This document shows, in pieces, positions 57,954 to 64,000 of a stretch of 64,000 nt of DNA; the first letter of the stretch is position 1; each line of letters starts with the position of its first letter. The stretch lies in the sequence record PX421306.1; one strand, written 5' to 3'. The stretch comes from a phage. Under the pieces are notes generated by a model. It saw only the letters and a program-made list of their open reading frames with translations. It made no database searches and was not told where the DNA came from. Made by a program: the position numbers and the translations under genes.

Positions 57954-58579
57954 TACAATAGCTCAAAGAATTCTTTGAGTCCTCTTATTACATGAGCGTG
58001 AGATTTTCCACACTCTGGACATTTAATTGGAACAGCCAAATAAACAGTAGGCTTTAAAAGCATATCTTTTATAGCTACAATATCTGACTCTGTGATGATA
58101 GAATATAAATCTTCCAACTCTTTTTCATTCAAGTCTTCAATTGGAATGCTTTCACCGTTAGCATGAATTGTTTCTATACATGATACTATCATGTGGGCTA
58201 TGTTTTTATCATCAAAAATTTTAGGGTAATGGAACTTAATTTTAATGTCGCCCAGTGTATACCAGAGGTCTTCTGGTGCATCTATTTGTGTATGTAATAG
58301 ATTTATATGGGTTGGTATTTCAGTTCCACAGGTGCACTTCCAGGAGTTTTCGTGATTAACTTCTCCAAGAGAATGTGCCCATAAATGAATCAGCAGTAGT
58401 TCTGATTCTTGACGGTTTAAATCTTTTGCATTTGTACAGTCTTTAATTAGCTTTTTAACGATCTCTTCTACTGAACCGTTCTTTTTAGCAGTAATAAGTT
58501 CTAGATATTCTTTAAGAGTAAATGCGCGACAGTTGATTATTTTAGAACCAACTCTCACATCAAATTTGTATTCATACAT
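57953..58579 (-). CDS. 26: gp26 baseplate hub protein
   Basis: 208 aa as T4 gp26. Confidence 0.9.
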   Translation of the reverse strand: MYEYKFDVRVGSKIINCRAFTLKEYLELITAKKNGSVEEIVKKLIKDCTNAKDLNRQESELLLIHLWAHSLGEVNHENSWKCTCGTEIPTHINLLHTQIDAPEDLWYTLGDIKIKFHYPKIFDDKNIAHMIVSCIETIHANGESIPIEDLNEKELEDLYSIITESDIVAIKDMLLKPTVYLAVPIKCPECGKSHAHVIRGLKEFFELL

Positions 58580-58600
58580 ATTTAGCTCCTTTATTTATCA

Positions 58601-58612
58601 TATTTATAAATA
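58601..58612. promoter_or_regulatory. overlapping divergent late promoters for gene 51 (+) and gene 26 (-)
   Basis: Plus TATAAATA 58605-58612; minus-strand TATAAATA 58601-58608. Confidence 0.55.
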
Positions 58613-58629
58613 GAATAAAAGGAGCATCT

Positions 58630-59379
58630 ATGGCAAACATTATTCGTTGTAAATTACCAGATGGTGTTCATCGTTTTAAACCATTTACGGTAGAAGATTA
58701 TCGAGATTTTTTGTTAGTTCGAAACGATATAGAACATCGGTCACCACAAGAACAAAAAGAAATAATTGCTGATTTAATTGCCGATTATTTTGGAGACTAT
58801 CCGAAGACTTGGCAACCATTTATATTTTTGCAGGTATTTGTAGGGTCAATAGGTAAAACTAAAGTACCGGTCACATTTGTATGTCCAAAATGTAAAAAAG
58901 AAAAGACAGTTCCATTTGAAATATATCAAAAAGAATTAAAGGAACCTGTTTTTGATGTAGCTAATGTTAAAATTAAATTAAAGTTTCCTTCTGAGTTTTA
59001 TGAAAATAAAGCAAAGATGATTACTGAAAATATTCATTCTGTTCAAGTAGATGAAATGTGGTATGATTGGAATGAAATTAGCGAATCAAGTCAAATAGAA
59101 CTTGTTGATGCCATCGAGATAGAAACATTAGAAAAAATTCTCGATGCAATGAATCCTATTAATTTAACATTGCATATGTCATGTTGTAATAAGTATGTAA
59201 AAAAATACACTGATATAGTAGATGTGTTTAAGCTATTAGTTAACCCAGATGAAATATTTACTTTTTATCAAATCAATCACACGCTCGTAAAAAGTAATTA
59301 TAGCTTAAATTCAATAATGAAAATGATTCCTGCTGAGCGCGGATTCGTATTAAAACTGATTGAGAAGGATAAACAATAA
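58630..59379 (+). CDS. 51: gp51 baseplate hub assembly catalyst
   Basis: 249 aa as T4 gp51. Confidence 0.9.
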   Translation: MANIIRCKLPDGVHRFKPFTVEDYRDFLLVRNDIEHRSPQEQKEIIADLIADYFGDYPKTWQPFIFLQVFVGSIGKTKVPVTFVCPKCKKEKTVPFEIYQKELKEPVFDVANVKIKLKFPSEFYENKAKMITENIHSVQVDEMWYDWNEISESSQIELVDAIEIETLEKILDAMNPINLTLHMSCCNKYVKKYTDIVDVFKLLVNPDEIFTFYQINHTLVKSNYSLNSIMKMIPAERGFVLKLIEKDKQ

Positions 59380-60554
59380 TGAGTATGTTGCAACGCCCAG
59401 GATATCCAAATCTCAGCGTTAAATTATTTGATAGCTACGACGCTTGGAGTAATAATAGATTTGTTGAATTAGCTGCTACTATTACCACATTAACTATGCG
59501 GGATTCTCTTTATGGCCGAAATGAAGGAATGCTGCAGTTTTATGATTCTAAAAACATCCATACAAAAATGGATGGAAATGAAATAATTCAGATTTCTGTA
59601 GCTAATGCAAACGATATTAATAATGTTAAAACACGAATTTATGGATGTAAGCATTTTTCTGTATCTGTAGATTCAAAGGGTGATAACATCATTGCTATTG
59701 AATTGGGAACTATTCATTCTATAGAAAATCTTAAATTTGGCAGACCGTTTTTCTCTGATGCAGGTGAATCTATAAAGGAAATGCTTGGTGTCATTTATCA
59801 GGATCGCACGTTATTAACTCCAGCAATAAATGCTATAAATGCTTATGTTCCTGATATTCCATGGACTAGCACATTTGAAAACTATTTGTCGTATGTTAGA
59901 GAAGTTGCTCTAGCTGTAGGAAGTGACAAATTTGTATTTGTGTGGCAAGACATCATGGGAGTTAACATGATGGACTATGATATGATGATAAATCAAGAAC
60001 CATATCCAATGATTGTCGGTGAGCCATCTTTAATAGGTCAATTCATCCAAGAATTAAAATATCCATTAGCATATGATTTCGTTTGGTTGACTAAATCGAA
60101 TCCTCACAAACGTGACCCAATGAAAAACGCTACTATCTATGCGCATTCATTTTTAGATTCTTCATTGCCAATGATTACTACAGGAAAGGGCGAAAACTCT
60201 ATTGTAGTATCAAGGTCAGGTGCTTATTCTGAAATGACTTATAGGAATGGATATGAAGAAGCTATTCGTCTTCAAACTATGGCACAATACGATGGCTATG
60301 CTAAATGTTCTACTGTCGGTAATTTTAACTTGACTCCTGGCGTTAAAATTATTTTTAATGATAGTAAAAACCAATTTAAAACAGAATTTTACGTTGATGA
60401 AGTTATCCATGAATTATCAAATAATAATTCAGTAACACATCTATATATGTTCACTAATGCAACGAAACTGGAAACAATAGACCCAGTTAAGGTTAAAAAT
60501 GAATTTAAATCTGATACTACCACTGAAGAAAGTAGTTCTTCCAATAAGCAATAA
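59379..60554 (+). CDS. 27: gp27 baseplate hub
   Basis: 391 aa as T4 gp27. Confidence 0.93.
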   Translation: MSMLQRPGYPNLSVKLFDSYDAWSNNRFVELAATITTLTMRDSLYGRNEGMLQFYDSKNIHTKMDGNEIIQISVANANDINNVKTRIYGCKHFSVSVDSKGDNIIAIELGTIHSIENLKFGRPFFSDAGESIKEMLGVIYQDRTLLTPAINAINAYVPDIPWTSTFENYLSYVREVALAVGSDKFVFVWQDIMGVNMMDYDMMINQEPYPMIVGEPSLIGQFIQELKYPLAYDFVWLTKSNPHKRDPMKNATIYAHSFLDSSLPMITTGKGENSIVVSRSGAYSEMTYRNGYEEAIRLQTMAQYDGYAKCSTVGNFNLTPGVKIIFNDSKNQFKTEFYVDEVIHELSNNNSVTHLYMFTNATKLETIDPVKVKNEFKSDTTTEESSSSNKQ

Positions 60555-61032
60555 AGAAGTTTCTATTCCTAAAATGGGTCTTAAACACTATAACATTTTA
60601 AAAGATGTTAAAGGTCCTGATGAAAATTTAAAACTTCTTATTGATTCTATTTGTCCGAATTTATCACCGGCAGAAGTTGATTTCGTTTCTATTCATTTAT
60701 TGGAATTTAATGGAAAGATTAAATCTCGTAAAGAAATAGATGGTTATACTTATGACATTAATGATGTTTATGTATGCCAAAGATTGGAATTTCAATACCA
60801 AGGAAATACATTTTATTTTAGACCGCCTGGAAAATTTGAACAATTTTTAACTGTGAGCGATATGTTATCCAAATGCTTGCTTAAGGTCAATGATGAAGTT
60901 AAAGAAATTAATTTTCTTGAGATGCCAGCATTCGTTTTAAAATGGGCAAATGATATTTTTACAACTTTAGCAATTCCTGGCCCTAATGGTCCAATAATCG
61001 GAATTGGCAATATTATTGGATTATTTGAATGA
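60499..61032 (+). CDS. 28: gp28 baseplate hub distal subunit
   Basis: 177 aa as T4 gp28; overlaps gene 27 end. Confidence 0.88.
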   Translation: MNLNLILPLKKVVLPISNKEVSIPKMGLKHYNILKDVKGPDENLKLLIDSICPNLSPAEVDFVSIHLLEFNGKIKSRKEIDGYTYDINDVYVCQRLEFQYQGNTFYFRPPGKFEQFLTVSDMLSKCLLKVNDEVKEINFLEMPAFVLKWANDIFTTLAIPGPNGPIIGIGNIIGLFE

Positions 61033-62801
61033 AAAAGCCACAAGAAATGCAAACGATGCGTAGAAAAGTTATTTCAGATAATAAACCAACACAGGAAGCG
61101 GCTAAATCCGCTTCTAACACTTTATCTGGACTTAACGATATATCTACGAAATTGGATGATGCTCAAGCTGCTTCTGAATTAATTGCTCAAACTGTCGAAG
61201 AAAAATCGAATGAAATAATTGGAGCAATTGACAACGTAGAAAGCGCAGTGAGTGATACTACTGCCGGTTCTGAGTTAATTGCTGAAACTGTCGAAATTGG
61301 CAATAATATTAATAAAGAAATCGGTGAATCACTCGGGAGCAAATTAGATAAATTAACAAGTTTACTAGAACAAAAAATTCAGACAGCTGGAATTCAACAG
61401 ACGGGAACTAGTTTAGCTACGGTTGAAAGCGCTATTCCTGTTAAAGTTGTTGAGGATGATACAGCTGAATCTGTGGGTCCTTTATTACCGGCTCCTGAAG
61501 CAGTTAATAATGATCCTGATGCTGATTTTTTCCCTACCCCTCAGCCAGTTGAACCCAAACAAGAATCGCCAGAAGAAAAACAGAAAAAAGACGCATTTAA
61601 CTTAAAATTATCTCAAGCTTTAGATAAATTAACAAAGACTGTTGATTTTGGATTTAAGAAATCCATTTCAATTACTGATAAAATATCGAGCATGTTATTT
61701 AAGTATACTGTCAGTGCTGCTATTGAAGCCGCTAAAATGACTGCAATGATATTGGCTGTTGTTGTTGGAATAGATCTGCTGATGGTTCACTTTAAATATT
61801 GGTCAGATAAATTTTCACAGGCATGGGATTTATTTAGTACAGACTTTACTAAATTCTCTAGTGAAACAGGAACATGGGGTCCTTTATTACAGAGCATCTT
61901 TAGTTCTATTGATGAAATTAAAAAATTCTGGGAAGAGGGAGATTGGGGCGGTTTGACGGTAGCTATTGTAGAAGGGCTTGGAAAGGTTCTTTATAATTTA
62001 GGAGAACTTATTCAGCTTGGAATGGCTAAATTATCTGCTGCAATTCTTCGAGTCATTCCTGGCATGAAGGATACCGCTGATGAAGTAGAAGGAAGAGCAC
62101 TAGAAAATTTCCAAAATTCTACTGGAGCATCTCTCAATAAAGAAGACCAGGAAAAAGTTGCAAATTATCAAGATAAACGAATGAACGGAGACCTTGGTCC
62201 GATAGCAAAAGGATTAGATAAAATTGCTAATTGGAAAACTCGTGCATCTAACTGGATTCGTGGCGTTGATAATAAAGAAGCACTAACTACCGACGAAGAA
62301 CGTGCAGCAGAAGAAGAAAAATTAAAGCAACTTTCACCAGAAGAAAGAAAAAATGCTTTAATGAAGGCTAATGAAGCCCGTGCCGCGATGATTCGTTTTG
62401 AAAAATACGCTGATTCGGCTGATATGAGTAAAGACTCAACGGTTAAATCAGTTGAAGCTGCCTATGAAGACCTTAAAAAACGGATGGATGACCCAGATTT
62501 AAATAATTCACCGGCAGTTAAAAAAGAACTTGCTGCTAGATTTTCTAAAATTGATGCTACTTATCAAGAGCTCAAGAAAAATCAGCCTAATGCCAAACCT
62601 GAAACTTCTGCTAAATCGCCAGAAGCAAAACAAGTCCAGGTAATAGAAAAGAACAAAGCACAGCAAGCTCCTGTTCAACAAGCATCTCCTTCGATCAATA
62701 ATACTAATAATGTTGTTAAGAAAAATACTGTCGTTCATAATATGACACCCGTAACGAGCACGACTGCTCCTGGTGTATTTGATGCGACTGGAGTTAATTA
62801 A
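61029..62801 (+). CDS. 29: gp29 tail tape-measure/baseplate hub protein
   Basis: 590 aa as T4 gp29. Confidence 0.93.
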   Translation: MKKPQEMQTMRRKVISDNKPTQEAAKSASNTLSGLNDISTKLDDAQAASELIAQTVEEKSNEIIGAIDNVESAVSDTTAGSELIAETVEIGNNINKEIGESLGSKLDKLTSLLEQKIQTAGIQQTGTSLATVESAIPVKVVEDDTAESVGPLLPAPEAVNNDPDADFFPTPQPVEPKQESPEEKQKKDAFNLKLSQALDKLTKTVDFGFKKSISITDKISSMLFKYTVSAAIEAAKMTAMILAVVVGIDLLMVHFKYWSDKFSQAWDLFSTDFTKFSSETGTWGPLLQSIFSSIDEIKKFWEEGDWGGLTVAIVEGLGKVLYNLGELIQLGMAKLSAAILRVIPGMKDTADEVEGRALENFQNSTGASLNKEDQEKVANYQDKRMNGDLGPIAKGLDKIANWKTRASNWIRGVDNKEALTTDEERAAEEEKLKQLSPEERKNALMKANEARAAMIRFEKYADSADMSKDSTVKSVEAAYEDLKKRMDDPDLNNSPAVKKELAARFSKIDATYQELKKNQPNAKPETSAKSPEAKQVQVIEKNKAQQAPVQQASPSINNTNNVVKKNTVVHNMTPVTSTTAPGVFDATGVN

Positions 62802-62809
62802 GGAATAAT

Positions 62810-63904
62810 ATGGCAATTGTTAAAGAAATAACTGCTGATTTAATTAAAAAGTCCGGTGAGAAAATTTCAGCCGGACAGAGTACTAAATCAGAAGTAGTAA
62901 CTAAAACATACACTGCCCAGTTTCCAACTGGGCGTGCTAGTGGTAATGACACTACAGGGGACTTCCAGGTAACAGATCTATATAAGAATGGATTATTATT
63001 TACTGCATACAATATGTCATCTAGGGATTCTGGAAGTCTTAGATCGATGAGATCTAACTACTCTTCTTCATCTTCGAGTATTTTAAGTACAGCTAGAAAC
63101 ACTATTAGTAGTACAGTATCAAAACTATCAAATGGATTAATATCAAACAATAATTCAGGAACAATAAGTAAAGCTCCTGTGGCAAATATTCTTTTACCGA
63201 GATCTAAATCTGATGTTGATACATCATCACACAGATTTAATGATGTTCAAGAAAGTCTTATCAGCAGAGGCGGAGGTACTGCTACTGGCGTGTTAAGTAA
63301 TATTGCTTCAACTGCAGTATTTGGGGCACTGGAAAGTATAACGCAAGGTATAATGGCTGATAATAATGAACAGATTTATACGACAGCCAGAAGTATGTAT
63401 GGCGGTGCTGAGAATAGAACTAAAGTGTTTACATGGGATTTGACGCCACGTTCAACAGAAGATTTAATGGCTATTATTAATATCTATCAATATTTTAACT
63501 ATTTTTCTTATGGTGAAACGGGTAAATCTCAATATGCTGCTGAAATAAAGGGGTATTTAGATGATTGGTATCGTTCTACGTTAATTGAACCTTTATCTCC
63601 GGAAGACGCAGCTAAAAATAAAACACTATTTGAGAAAATGACATCGAGTTTAACTAACGTTCTAGTAGTTTCAAACCCGACAATTTGGATGGTGAAAAAC
63701 TTTGGCGCAACATCTAAGTTTGATGGAAAAACGGAAATATTTGGCCCATGCCAAATACAGAGCATCAGATTTGATAAAACACCTAATGGTAACTTTAACG
63801 GATTAGCTATTGCTCCAAACCTCCCTAGTACATTTACTCTTGAGATTACTATGAGAGAAATTATCACGTTAAACCGTGCTTCTTTATATGCGGGGACTTT
63901 TTAA
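62810..63904 (+). CDS. 48: gp48 baseplate tail-tube cap
   Basis: 364 aa as T4 gp48. Confidence 0.93.
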   Translation: MAIVKEITADLIKKSGEKISAGQSTKSEVVTKTYTAQFPTGRASGNDTTGDFQVTDLYKNGLLFTAYNMSSRDSGSLRSMRSNYSSSSSSILSTARNTISSTVSKLSNGLISNNNSGTISKAPVANILLPRSKSDVDTSSHRFNDVQESLISRGGGTATGVLSNIASTAVFGALESITQGIMADNNEQIYTTARSMYGGAENRTKVFTWDLTPRSTEDLMAIINIYQYFNYFSYGETGKSQYAAEIKGYLDDWYRSTLIEPLSPEDAAKNKTLFEKMTSSLTNVLVVSNPTIWMVKNFGATSKFDGKTEIFGPCQIQSIRFDKTPNGNFNGLAIAPNLPSTFTLEITMREIITLNRASLYAGTF

Positions 63905-64000
63905 TGTATTCTTTAGAGGAATTTAATAATCAAGCAATAAACGCAGATTTCCAACGTAATAATATGTTTAGCTGCGTTTTTGCGACAACTCCATCAACTA
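63904..64000 (+). CDS. 54: gp54 baseplate tail-tube initiator (5' partial, runs off window)
   Basis: ATG 63904 overlapping gp48 stop (TAATG); MYSLEEFNNQAINADFQRNNMFSCVFATTPST... Confidence 0.85.
   Translation, partial: MYSLEEFNNQAINADFQRNNMFSCVFATTPST

Overview
This window is a contiguous piece of a T4-like (T-even, Tequatrovirus-type) Escherichia phage genome, very close to T4 but not identical (e.g. lysozyme differs at three residues from the T4 sequence as I recall it; the tRNA set is larger). Coordinates 1-21366 are an early/middle region on the minus strand: rI, tk, a macro-domain protein, a secreted transglycosylase-like protein, regB, a GrcA-like glycyl-radical protein, denV, lysozyme e, nudE, a block of small unknown and membrane ORFs, five internal-protein-like genes with a capsid-targeting leader, a 10-tRNA cluster, ipI, 57B, 57A and genes 1, 3, 2, 4. 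Coordinates 21414-51347 are the plus-strand late structural module (53, 5, 5.4, 6-12, wac, 13-20, 67, 68, 21-24), followed by rnlB, hoc, inh, uvsW, uvsY and the baseplate hub/tape-measure genes 25, 26, 51, 27, 28, 29, 48 and the start of 54. All calls rest on the supplied translations, motifs read by eye and remembered T4 gene order and lengths; no searches were run. No CRISPR array, integrase or transposase was seen. The most interesting material is accessory: extra internal-protein-like genes, a macro-domain protein, paralogous small membrane proteins, a possible PspA-like protein, and extra tRNAs.
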